Positions 46,625-55,461 of a stretch of DNA of 64,000 bases are shown here, piece by piece (position 1 is the first letter of the stretch; every line of letters begins with the position of its first letter). The notes below the pieces were generated by a model. It saw only the letters and a list, made by a program, of their open reading frames with translations, was not told the origin of the DNA and did no database searches. Source of the stretch: Acidobacteriota bacterium (GTDB taxonomy: Bacteria > Acidobacteriota > Thermoanaerobaculia > Gp7-AA8); NCBI GenBank assembly GCA_034667465.1, contig JAXDJV010000010.1, positions 6,874 to 70,873 on the forward strand, read 5' to 3'. Position numbers and translations under genes: made by a program.

Positions 46625-48418
46625 ATGGCGAAGAACGATCCTCCCCCGAGTGCAGACTTCATCGGCCGCGTCGTCGGCGACGCGAAGAACCCGCCGGCGG
46701 TGCGAATGCTCACCGGCTGGCTCGGTGCGTCCGGCGAAGAAAACTATTCGCGTCTCTACACCGATGCGGAGCTGAGCGCGTACGTCGACATTCCGTCGGA
46801 CGCGATCCTCTACACGGAGCCGATCCGCGACGTGCAGCCGGCCGGCGGCGTGATGGTGTGGGTGAAGAGCGATGCGGTGCTCAAGGCCGGTGGTTCCGCT
46901 GCCAGCCGCGCCGCGCGTTTCCTCCAGGGACAGGTCCAGCAGGATTTCGCCAAAGACCCTGCCGCGATCGGCAAAGCCGGATTCCGCTGCGTGACCGAGG
47001 TGCCGTGCGGTGAGCCGACCGGCTTCAGCGGACTCTGTACGAATGCGCCGCAGATGGGCGGTGCGTGGCCGTGCTTCACTGCGCCGCCGCACTGTTTCGA
47101 GCCGACCGGGTTCACCGGCAAATGCACGCCGGTGCCGTGGCCGAATCCGACCGAGTACGTCGGCTGCACCATCTATCACTGTCCGACGAACGACCTGACG
47201 CAGAACCCGCGCATCTGCCGGCTCATCGAAACGCATCTGCCGAATTGCCCGCCGGCAGGCGCTGACGTCGATCCACAGCGTCCGCCGACCTCGCTGGAAG
47301 GCTGCGGCTACACGAAGTCGTGGGGCTTGTGTGACACGCGGATTCCGAACTGTCCGCCGCAGACGGCTGGTTGTCCGGTGATCCCGACGCAGACTCCCGG
47401 CTGCAGCTTCAGTAAGAATCCGATCTGCACCGATCTGCCGGGATGCGCGACGAACACCGCGCCGCCGCGATGCATCTTCATCACACGCGACCAGGCGTGC
47501 GGCGTGACGAAGCGGCCGGGATGCGGACCCCTCTTCGCGCAAGCCGCGCGATTCGGAGTCGATACCGCGCCGATCGATACCGCGCCGGCGCCGGTGGTTC
47601 AGCCGCAGACGGTGATCAATTTCAACTGCGCGCCGTCGTTCTCATTCGACTGTCAGCCGAGCACGACGCCGGATTGCAACCCATCGGCGATCGACGCCTG
47701 TCCGACCATAAAGATATGCGTGACTACGCATTGTGATACCGCGCAACCGACGTCGTTGTGTACGCAGTTCGCCGCAGCCTGCCCGACGAAGTTCGCCGAA
47801 GTTTGCCCGACGCAGCCGCCGAACGTTTGCCCGACGCAGTCGCCGAACCTTTGCACGACGGCGTGCGGCGAGAAGTGTCAGTCGCAACAGCTCGAATGTA
47901 CGAAGGTCGGATGTCTAACCCATGTCGGTCCGGCGTGTCCGAATACCGTGTCATTCCCCGACTGTCCGCAGCCGACGGTCGATCCGAATCAGTGCCCGAC
48001 GATTCCGGGACCGTTGTGCCCGGACACGTTCGTGACGGGATGTCCTCCGTCGCAGTTCGGCGTGCCGTGTCCGACGAACGGCGGTCCTCAGTGTCCGTCA
48101 GTCGCCTTCCCGTGTCCGACCGATACAGCGCTCGATTGCACGTTCACCGTCACGCTCGACGGTGCGAATTGCCCGACGCAGTTCAGTCCGAACTGCCAGA
48201 GCGTCGTCATCTGTCAGCAGACGGTGCCCGCGCCGTGCACGATCAACGTCGCGCAGCCGTTCGCGGCCGCGCGTCAGCAGCAGGTCGCATCGCAGTTCTG
48301 TCCGCGGCCGACGATCTGGACGCAGATCGGACCGCGATGCTTTCCAACGGTGACTCGCAACATTAACTGTCTGATCACGAATGTGTGTCCGACGGTGCTT
48401 CCATTCTGTGCGAGGTGA
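46625..48418 (+). CDS. Giant Cys/Thr/Pro-rich putative RiPP (lanthipeptide-like) precursor
   Basis: 597 aa; first 121 aa Cys-free, then 53 Cys (manual count) in short C-x(3-12) units rich in Thr and Pro; directly upstream of the kinase/lyase/cyclase genes. Confidence 0.75.
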   Translation: MAKNDPPPSADFIGRVVGDAKNPPAVRMLTGWLGASGEENYSRLYTDAELSAYVDIPSDAILYTEPIRDVQPAGGVMVWVKSDAVLKAGGSAASRAARFLQGQVQQDFAKDPAAIGKAGFRCVTEVPCGEPTGFSGLCTNAPQMGGAWPCFTAPPHCFEPTGFTGKCTPVPWPNPTEYVGCTIYHCPTNDLTQNPRICRLIETHLPNCPPAGADVDPQRPPTSLEGCGYTKSWGLCDTRIPNCPPQTAGCPVIPTQTPGCSFSKNPICTDLPGCATNTAPPRCIFITRDQACGVTKRPGCGPLFAQAARFGVDTAPIDTAPAPVVQPQTVINFNCAPSFSFDCQPSTTPDCNPSAIDACPTIKICVTTHCDTAQPTSLCTQFAAACPTKFAEVCPTQPPNVCPTQSPNLCTTACGEKCQSQQLECTKVGCLTHVGPACPNTVSFPDCPQPTVDPNQCPTIPGPLCPDTFVTGCPPSQFGVPCPTNGGPQCPSVAFPCPTDTALDCTFTVTLDGANCPTQFSPNCQSVVICQQTVPAPCTINVAQPFAAARQQQVASQFCPRPTIWTQIGPRCFPTVTRNINCLITNVCPTVLPFCAR

Positions 48419-48424
48419 GCGGGA

Positions 48425-49525
48425 GTGAATCGTAACGATCTCGTTCATTACCTCATCGAGCGCGGGCTCCTCGATCATCGCGTCGTCGTCGACGGCGACG
48501 TGATGGTCGTGGAGGGGACGCGCCGTCATCACAACTTCTCCGTCATCTGCCGAGACGGCGCCGGGCTGTTCGTCAAGCAGATGCAGCCCGATCAGGCGTT
48601 CTCCGCGCAGACGCTGCAGAAGGAAGCGGCGTGCTACGTGATGATGGAGAGCGATCCGGCGCTGGCCGGTATCCACGCGCTGATGCCGCGCTTTCGTTCG
48701 TACGATCCCGATCGTCATCTGCTTGTGCTCGATCTGATCGCCGGCGGTGAGAATCTTTCCGAGTTTCATCGCCGCGTGAATGCGTTCCCGGAAGGGGTCG
48801 CACGCCGCGTCGGCGAGCTCGTGGCGCGCTATCACGAGACGTCGCGCCGCGACCTGCTGCCGCGCGCGAACGCTGCGATCTTTCAGGGACAACCGCCGTG
48901 GATTCTCTCGTTTCATCTGATGCCGCGCGGCTCGATGCAGAACCTGAGCGCGGCGAACGGACAGTTCATGACGATCCTGCAGAGCTACCCCGATTTCGGA
49001 GTGGAGCTCGACCGGTTGCGAACCGGCTGGAGGCGGGATGCACTGATGCATGGCGACATGAAGTTCGACAATGTGGTCGTGCAGACTGACGCCGCGACGA
49101 ATGAGCAGACGATGCACGTCGTCGACTGGGAACTGGCCGACGTCGGTGATTCCGCGTGGGACGTCGCGTCGATTCTGCAGGCGTATCTGACGTGGTGGAT
49201 CGCCACGCTGCAAGAGGTTCCGGCCGGTGCGTCGAATGATGCGGCGCGGTATCCGCTCGAAACGATTCAGCCGGCCATTCGCGCGTTCTGGGACGCGTAC
49301 GTATCGGCGCGCGGACTGACGTCGCGCGACGCTGACGCGGAGCTCGAGCGCGCCGTCAGCTACGCTGGCGCGCGGATGCTGCAAACCGTTTATGAATCGA
49401 TGGTGTGGGCGCAGTCGCTCACGCAGCAGGCGGTCTGGCAGGTGCAGGCCTGCATGAACATCCTGCGCGATCCGCGTTCCGCCGCCAGCGATCTCCTCGG
49501 CTTCACGGCAGGTGTCCATGTCTGA
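48425..49525 (+). CDS. Aminoglycoside-phosphotransferase-like kinase (LanK-like)
   Basis: LFVKQ, LMHGDMKFDN, VDWELADVGD. Confidence 0.88.
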   Translation: MNRNDLVHYLIERGLLDHRVVVDGDVMVVEGTRRHHNFSVICRDGAGLFVKQMQPDQAFSAQTLQKEAACYVMMESDPALAGIHALMPRFRSYDPDRHLLVLDLIAGGENLSEFHRRVNAFPEGVARRVGELVARYHETSRRDLLPRANAAIFQGQPPWILSFHLMPRGSMQNLSAANGQFMTILQSYPDFGVELDRLRTGWRRDALMHGDMKFDNVVVQTDAATNEQTMHVVDWELADVGDSAWDVASILQAYLTWWIATLQEVPAGASNDAARYPLETIQPAIRAFWDAYVSARGLTSRDADAELERAVSYAGARMLQTVYESMVWAQSLTQQAVWQVQACMNILRDPRSAASDLLGFTAGVHV

Positions 49526-50525
49526 CGAAGCGCTGCGCACTCTCCTTCGCGCCGTCGCCATCCACTCGCCGATGGAGTACGAGCTGGCCGGCCGCACTCA
49601 CAAAGTCGCGCCGTTCGGCGCCGGACAATCACCAACGTGGACGTCATGGTCCGCCGGCGAACCGCCGCTCGTCGTCGACCTGACGACGCGCATCTATGAG
49701 GAGGCGTATTGCCGTCCGCTCGGCACGCGGCAGGAGCCGCCGCAAACGAGCGTCAGTCTGCCCGTGAGTCTTATTGAGGACCTGTCCGCCGCAAACGCGG
49801 GACGCGACCGGTGGGAGAACGGCTGGACGCTCGTGCAGCTGATGCCGAACGGCCACGCGTCGGCGCGCAAGGGCGATCTTGCGAACACGTTCGCACCCGG
49901 CGAGTTCGCCGCGGCAAGCGCCGGCGCTTTGTCGCCCGGTGCCGCGGTTCACGTGCAGTTCGCGCGCGAATCGCGAACGCAGCAGCCCGGTTTCTACATC
50001 GTCAACGGCGAGACGCCGGCGCCGTCCGGTTCCGACAGCCGGATGACGCGGATCTACTGGCACATCTCCGAGGACGGTGCGGTGCCGCTGACGCGCGCGG
50101 TGTCGACGCTGCTCAATCGGTACGAGGCGCCGTTCCGTTTCAAAACGCTTGCGTACACGAGTGCGTACTCGCGTGCCGATTCGGCGGTGCTCTTCTTCGC
50201 GGCGCGCTACTTCCAGCTCATCGCACGGCTGCTGCCGGCAATCCGCGCGGAGATTCGCGATCATCTGCGCGAAGCGACGCCGCTGATGACGTATCGGCTG
50301 GCGAATGGAATTGGATTGGCCGAGGATCCGGCGACGGGGGAGAGTTTCGGAATGAGCCGGAGCCGATTGATCGCGCAGGCGATCTGGGATGCGTACGCCC
50401 GCGGCACGCAAAGCGAGGAGTCGCGCATGATGGAACTGTCGATCCAGTTCAGCCGCCACGGACTCTCGCTCGACAAACCGCATCTGCGCGCGGCCAGCGC
50501 CGACATTTACGAGGTGGCGGCGTGA
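49518..50525 (+). CDS. HopA1-like phosphothreonine/phosphoserine lyase (LanY-like)
   Basis: RIYW, PFRFK, RADSAVLF, LAEDP..GESFG.SR motifs; adjacent to an APH kinase as in class V lanthipeptide and thioamitide loci. Confidence 0.78.
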   Translation: MSDEALRTLLRAVAIHSPMEYELAGRTHKVAPFGAGQSPTWTSWSAGEPPLVVDLTTRIYEEAYCRPLGTRQEPPQTSVSLPVSLIEDLSAANAGRDRWENGWTLVQLMPNGHASARKGDLANTFAPGEFAAASAGALSPGAAVHVQFARESRTQQPGFYIVNGETPAPSGSDSRMTRIYWHISEDGAVPLTRAVSTLLNRYEAPFRFKTLAYTSAYSRADSAVLFFAARYFQLIARLLPAIRAEIRDHLREATPLMTYRLANGIGLAEDPATGESFGMSRSRLIAQAIWDAYARGTQSEESRMMELSIQFSRHGLSLDKPHLRAASADIYEVAA

Positions 50526-51787
50526 GCGCGCTTCCGCTGGAACTGCCTGGTGCCGATCCGCGGGAACGTTTTCTCGAAGTGGCGTGGTCGATCGGCATGC
50601 GGCTTTGCCGCGACGCCATTCACGACGGAGATCGGTGTAACTGGCTCGGCGATTCGATGGAAGCGCACGCGGGCGAATGGAAGGTCGCGCACAAATCGTT
50701 CGGACCCGATTTCTACGCCGGCACCAGCGGCATCGCCCTGTTTCTCGCACAGCTCTGGCGCTTCCGCCGCGATCCGCTGGTGGCCGATATAGCGCGGGCG
50801 GCGGTGCGGCAGGCGTTGTCGCGTACCGAGCGAATCCCGGCGTCGCTGCGCCATGCGCTTTACAGCGGCTGGGTCGGCATCGCGCTCGCGCTCTTCGACG
50901 TCGCGCAAATTTTCGACGACGCATCGCTGCAACGCGACGCGCTGCGTCTCGTCGACGACCAGCGCGGGTTGCCGCTCGACGCGATGTCGCTCGACGTTGT
51001 CAGCGGCTCCGCCGGTTCCATCCTCGGCCTTTGCGCGCTCGACGCGCGACTCGGCGGCGATCATTTTCTCGACGAAGCGTTGCGTCACGGCGAGCATCTC
51101 CTCGCACAGGCGCATCGCGCGAACGATGTCTGGTCGTGGACGACGATGGCGCCGATCGGCGGCCAGCAGAAAGACCTCTGCGGCTTTTCGCACGGCGCTG
51201 CCGGCATCGCGCTGGCGTTACTCGAGCTCTACACGCGAACGCACGACGAGCGATTCCGCGAAGGAGCGCTCGGCGGTTTCGCATACGAGCGGTTGCATTT
51301 CTCCGCCGAACAGCAGAACTGGCCGGATTTTCGTTCGTTCGCGTCGCCGAACGTGCAGCAACTCGGATACTCCATGGCGTGGTGTCATGGCGCGCCCGGC
51401 ATCGGTCTGTCGCGTTTGGGCGCTTATGCGCTGACCCGCGATGACGTTTTCCGCGGCGAAGCGGAGTCGGCGATCGGCGGAACGTATCGCGCCATCTCGA
51501 TGAGCAACGGCGCGGAAGGCTATTCGCTATGCCACGGACTGGCGGGCAACGCCGAGCTCTTTATCGTCGCCGCCGACATCCTCGGCGATGAGCGTTACCG
51601 CGCGGTTGCCGACGCCGCCGGCGATCGCGGCATCCACGCCATTCACATCAATCGCAACCCCTGGCCGTGCGGCGTGACCGGAGGCGGCGAAGCGCCGAAC
51701 CTGATGCTCGGCACCGCCGGTATCGGCTACTTCTACCTGCGCCTGTACGACTCCGGCGCCGTCCCCTCCATCCTCCTGCAGATGTGA
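50522..51787 (+). CDS. Stand-alone LanC-like lanthionine cyclase
   Basis: From GTG 50522; FYAGTSG, DVVSGSAG, GFSHGAAG, AWCHGAPG, LCHGLAG (Zn ligands Cys/Cys/His present), LMLGTAG. Confidence 0.92.
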   Translation: MSALPLELPGADPRERFLEVAWSIGMRLCRDAIHDGDRCNWLGDSMEAHAGEWKVAHKSFGPDFYAGTSGIALFLAQLWRFRRDPLVADIARAAVRQALSRTERIPASLRHALYSGWVGIALALFDVAQIFDDASLQRDALRLVDDQRGLPLDAMSLDVVSGSAGSILGLCALDARLGGDHFLDEALRHGEHLLAQAHRANDVWSWTTMAPIGGQQKDLCGFSHGAAGIALALLELYTRTHDERFREGALGGFAYERLHFSAEQQNWPDFRSFASPNVQQLGYSMAWCHGAPGIGLSRLGAYALTRDDVFRGEAESAIGGTYRAISMSNGAEGYSLCHGLAGNAELFIVAADILGDERYRAVADAAGDRGIHAIHINRNPWPCGVTGGGEAPNLMLGTAGIGYFYLRLYDSGAVPSILLQM

Positions 51788-51812
51788 CAGCGCGGTTCTA
51801 TACTCGCGGCCG

Positions 51813-52745
51813 ATGAGCAAGGCCGCGTTGTACCGAGGATTGATGATGGTGACGGCGGTCGGGCGGAGGCTGTCGCTCGACGCCGGACGTGCCATCGGCC
51901 GGTTCCTCGGCGCGCTCGCGTGGCATGTTGCGCGGCGCGAACGGTTGAAGGCGCTGCGGAATCTTGCGATCGCGTTTCCGGAGCTGAGCGACGCCGAGCG
52001 GCGCGCGCTCTCGAAGCGGATGTTCGCGCACCTCGGCATGTCGCTGCTCGAGCTCACCTGGATCCCGAACGTCAACGCGGCGAACAGACACGAGACCACC
52101 GTCGTCGAAGGGCTCGACAAAGTGCTCGAGGTCATCGACTCCGGACGCGGCGTCATCATCTTCACTGCGCACTGCGGCAACTGGGAATGGCTCTCGTACA
52201 TCACCGGAACGTTCGGCCGGCCGGTCTCCGTGCTGCAGCGCGAGCGCGACGAGCCGGCGATGAATCGCTACATCACCGAACTGCGCGCGAAAGCGGGCGT
52301 GAAGACGATCGATCGCGGCTCCGGTTCCGCGGCGCGCGACATGATCAACGCCATCCGCCGCGGCGGCATCCTCGCGTTCGTGCTCGATCAGAACATCCGC
52401 ACCGAAAGTGTGAAGGTCCCGTTCTTCGGACGGCCGGCGCTGACGCCGATCGGACCGGTGAGCTTCGCCATTCGCACCGAAGCGACGATCAGCGTCGCGT
52501 TCATCGAACGACGCGACGATGGGAAGCAGTACGCGCGCTTTGAGACGCCGATTCATCTCAAACGGACCGACGATCCGATCGACGTCGCCGCGCAGATCAC
52601 GCAGCGGATCGAAGAACAGATCCGGCGCGTACCGGAACAGTGGGTCTGGATGCACGATCGCTGGCGCGAGCGGCCGAAGTGGGAAGTCGATCCCGATTCC
52701 CTGCGCGACAAAACGCGAAAGGTGAGCGTGCCGGGCAGCGCTTAG
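51813..52745 (+). CDS. Lipid A late acyltransferase (LpxL/HtrB family)
   Basis: HCGNWE, DQN, FFG, EEQIRRVPEQWVWMHDRW. Confidence 0.9.
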   Translation: MSKAALYRGLMMVTAVGRRLSLDAGRAIGRFLGALAWHVARRERLKALRNLAIAFPELSDAERRALSKRMFAHLGMSLLELTWIPNVNAANRHETTVVEGLDKVLEVIDSGRGVIIFTAHCGNWEWLSYITGTFGRPVSVLQRERDEPAMNRYITELRAKAGVKTIDRGSGSAARDMINAIRRGGILAFVLDQNIRTESVKVPFFGRPALTPIGPVSFAIRTEATISVAFIERRDDGKQYARFETPIHLKRTDDPIDVAAQITQRIEEQIRRVPEQWVWMHDRWRERPKWEVDPDSLRDKTRKVSVPGSA

Positions 52746-52761
52746 GCGGACGAGTTATCAT

Positions 52762-54552
52762 GTGGCACCGATGACCACCGTTTCCCATTCGCCGACCGGC
52801 GCGCGGCGGCAGTTCTGCCTCGTGCTGGTGAAGCCGTCGCACTACGACGACGATGGATACGTCATCCAGTGGTTCCGCTCCGCGATTCCGTCGAACTCGC
52901 TGGCGTCGCTCTACGGCCTCGCGCGTGATTGCGCGCAGCGCAACGTCCTCGGCGACGACGTCGATCTGGCCATTCACAGCTACGACGAAACGAACACCCG
53001 CATCCGTCCCGATCGTCTCGCGAAGATGATCGAGCGCGCCGGCGCCGGCATGGTCATGCTCGTCGGCGTGCAGTCGAATCAGTTTCCGCGCGCGCTCGAT
53101 CTCGCACGTCCGCTGCGCGCGCTCGGCGTCCAGGTCGGCATCGGCGGCTTCCACGTTTCGGGCACGATCAGCATGCTGCGCGGCATCGACAAGGGTCTCG
53201 ACGAAGCGCGTGCTCTCGGCGTCTCGCTCTTCGCCGGCGAAGCGGAAGGGCGACTCGAAGAAGTGCTGCGCGATGCGATGAACGGCGCGCTGCGGCCGAT
53301 GTACAACTACATGGCCGACCTGCCGCACATCGAAGGAACGCCGATCCCGCTCATCACCGCGTTGCGCGCGTGGCGGACGGCCGGCGGGGTGACGAGTTTC
53401 GACGCCGGCCGCGGCTGTCCGTTCCAGTGTTCGTTCTGCACGATCATTAACGTGCAGGGGAAGAAATCGCGCCGCCGTTCGCCCGACGACATCGAACAGA
53501 TCGTCCGCGTCAACGTCGCCCAGGGACTGCACTCGTTCTTCATCACCGACGACAACTTCGCGCGCAACACCGACTGGGAAGCGATCCTCGATCGTCTCAT
53601 CAAGCTGCGCGAAGAAGGGATCAGGATTCACTTCATCATCCAGGTCGACACGCTCTGCCATCGCATCCCGCGCTTCATCGAGAAGTGCGCGAAAGCGGGC
53701 GTGCGCCGCGTCTTCATCGGACTCGAGAACATCAATCCCGACAGTCTCGTCGGCGCGAAGAAGCGGCAGAACAAGATCACCGAATATCGCAAGATGCTCC
53801 TCGCGTGGAAGTCGGCGCGCGTCATCACGTACGCCGGTTACATCCTCGGATTTCCGAACGACGATCTCGAGTCGATTCGCCGCGACATCGAGATCATCAA
53901 GAAAGAACTGCCGGTCGATCTCCTCGAGTTCTTCTTCCTCACGCCGCTGCCGGGATCGGAAGATCATCAGAAGCTCGTCGGCGCCGGCGTGCCGGTCGAT
54001 GATGACCTCAACAAATTCGATCTCAATCACGTCACTACCGCGCATCCGAAGATGTCACCGGATGAATGGGAGCGCGCGTATCGGATGGCGTGGGACACGT
54101 ATTACACGCCGGAGCATGTCGAGTCGGTGTTGCGCCGGCTCGTGGCGATGCGCGCCAGTGCGAGCAACGCCATCCTGCTGATGACGTGGTTCAAAGGCTC
54201 GATTCATATTGAAGGCGTTCATCCGCTCGAAGCGGGCCTCTTCCGCTACAAGTTCCGCGCGGATCGCCGTCCCGGATTTCCGGTCGAGCCGGCGTGGCGT
54301 TTCTGGCCTGGTTATGCGATCGAATCGATCGGGAAATTGTCGCGCTGGACGAAGACCTACTTCGGACTGCGCCGCATCTACAACCGCGTCAAGAAAGATC
54401 CGCAGCGATACGAGTACATGGACCTCGCGCTGACGCCGGTCACGGATGCGGAGTTCGACACGCTGGAGCTCTTCCATCACACCGACGCCGCGGAAGCGTT
54501 CGTGGCGCGCGAGCATCACCCGGCGGCGGTTGCAGCCGCGCCCGCTTCCTGA
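52762..54552 (+). CDS. Cobalamin-binding radical SAM protein
   Basis: N-terminal B12-binding-like domain (IGGFHVSG, GEAEG), RGCPFQCSFC (CxxxCxxC), TDDNF, GLE, YILG, PLPG. Confidence 0.9.
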   Translation: MAPMTTVSHSPTGARRQFCLVLVKPSHYDDDGYVIQWFRSAIPSNSLASLYGLARDCAQRNVLGDDVDLAIHSYDETNTRIRPDRLAKMIERAGAGMVMLVGVQSNQFPRALDLARPLRALGVQVGIGGFHVSGTISMLRGIDKGLDEARALGVSLFAGEAEGRLEEVLRDAMNGALRPMYNYMADLPHIEGTPIPLITALRAWRTAGGVTSFDAGRGCPFQCSFCTIINVQGKKSRRRSPDDIEQIVRVNVAQGLHSFFITDDNFARNTDWEAILDRLIKLREEGIRIHFIIQVDTLCHRIPRFIEKCAKAGVRRVFIGLENINPDSLVGAKKRQNKITEYRKMLLAWKSARVITYAGYILGFPNDDLESIRRDIEIIKKELPVDLLEFFFLTPLPGSEDHQKLVGAGVPVDDDLNKFDLNHVTTAHPKMSPDEWERAYRMAWDTYYTPEHVESVLRRLVAMRASASNAILLMTWFKGSIHIEGVHPLEAGLFRYKFRADRRPGFPVEPAWRFWPGYAIESIGKLSRWTKTYFGLRRIYNRVKKDPQRYEYMDLALTPVTDAEFDTLELFHHTDAAEAFVAREHHPAAVAAAPAS

Positions 54553-54588
54553 AACCCGAGCGCAGTACGCGCGTAATTCGCAGTACCG

Positions 54589-55461
54589 ATGCTCCGGATC
54601 TCAGGTCTCTCCAAAACATATTCGAATGGTGTTCGCGCGCTCGATGACGTAACGCTCTCGATCGACTCCGGCCTCTTCGGTCTGCTCGGGCCGAACGGCG
54701 CCGGCAAGTCGACGCTGATGCGCACGATCGCGCGGCTGCAGGAACCCGATCGCGGCGAGCTCACTCTCGACGGCATTGACGTCCGCCGCGAGCCTCACCA
54801 GCTCCGCCGCCGCCTCGGCTATCTGCCGCAGGAGTTCGGCGTCTATCCAAACATTTCCGCGCTGGCGCTGCTCGATCACATCGCGGTGCTCAAGAAGTTG
54901 ACCAATCGCGCCGAGCGGACCGAACAGGTTCATGCGCTGCTGCAGCTGACGAACCTCTGGGAGTTTCGGAAGAAAGCGGTGAACACGTTTTCGGGCGGGA
55001 TGAAGCAGCGCTTCGGCATCGCTCAGGCGCTGCTCGGCAAGCCGCGATTGATCATCGTCGATGAGCCGACCGCAGGACTCGATCCCGAAGAGCGCAATCG
55101 TTTTCACAATCTGCTGAGCGAGATCGGCGAGGGAGCGGTCGTGCTGCTGTCGACGCACATCGTCGAGGATGTGAGCGATCTCTGTCCGAAGATGGCCATC
55201 CTCGCGCGCGGCCGCGTGCTGATGGAAGGGGAGCCGTCGCGCGTCATCGAAAGCCTGCGCGGAAAGTTGTGGCGGAAGACGATCGCGAAGGCTGCGCTGC
55301 CTGAGTACGAGCAGGCGCACAAGGTGATCTCGACGCGGCTCTTCGCCGGCCGGACGCAGGTGAACGTGCTCGCCGATTCGCAGCCGGAAGGTGGATTCGA
55401 AGCGGTGCCGCCGGAGCTGGAGGACGTCTACTTTTCGGTGCTTTCGGGGAGCGCGCTCTGA
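54589..55461 (+). CDS. ABC transporter ATP-binding protein
   Basis: GPNGAGKST, LPQE, FSGGMKQR, IIVDEPTAGLDP, STH. Confidence 0.96.
   Translation: MLRISGLSKTYSNGVRALDDVTLSIDSGLFGLLGPNGAGKSTLMRTIARLQEPDRGELTLDGIDVRREPHQLRRRLGYLPQEFGVYPNISALALLDHIAVLKKLTNRAERTEQVHALLQLTNLWEFRKKAVNTFSGGMKQRFGIAQALLGKPRLIIVDEPTAGLDPEERNRFHNLLSEIGEGAVVLLSTHIVEDVSDLCPKMAILARGRVLMEGEPSRVIESLRGKLWRKTIAKAALPEYEQAHKVISTRLFAGRTQVNVLADSQPEGGFEAVPPELEDVYFSVLSGSAL

Noticed and set aside
46625-48418. Cys-rich protein as a multiheme cytochrome, ferredoxin or metallothionein
   Set aside because: No CxxCH motifs, no ferredoxin-type CxxCxxC spacing and no signal peptide; the genomic context favours a RiPP substrate. Metal binding is not formally excluded.
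49811-50521. N-terminal extension of the 658-aa ORF, suggesting a LanM-like fusion
   Set aside because: It overlaps the HopA1-like gene in another frame and reads as low-complexity shadow. LanC motifs begin after GTG 50522, and no LanM or LanB dehydratase domain is seen.
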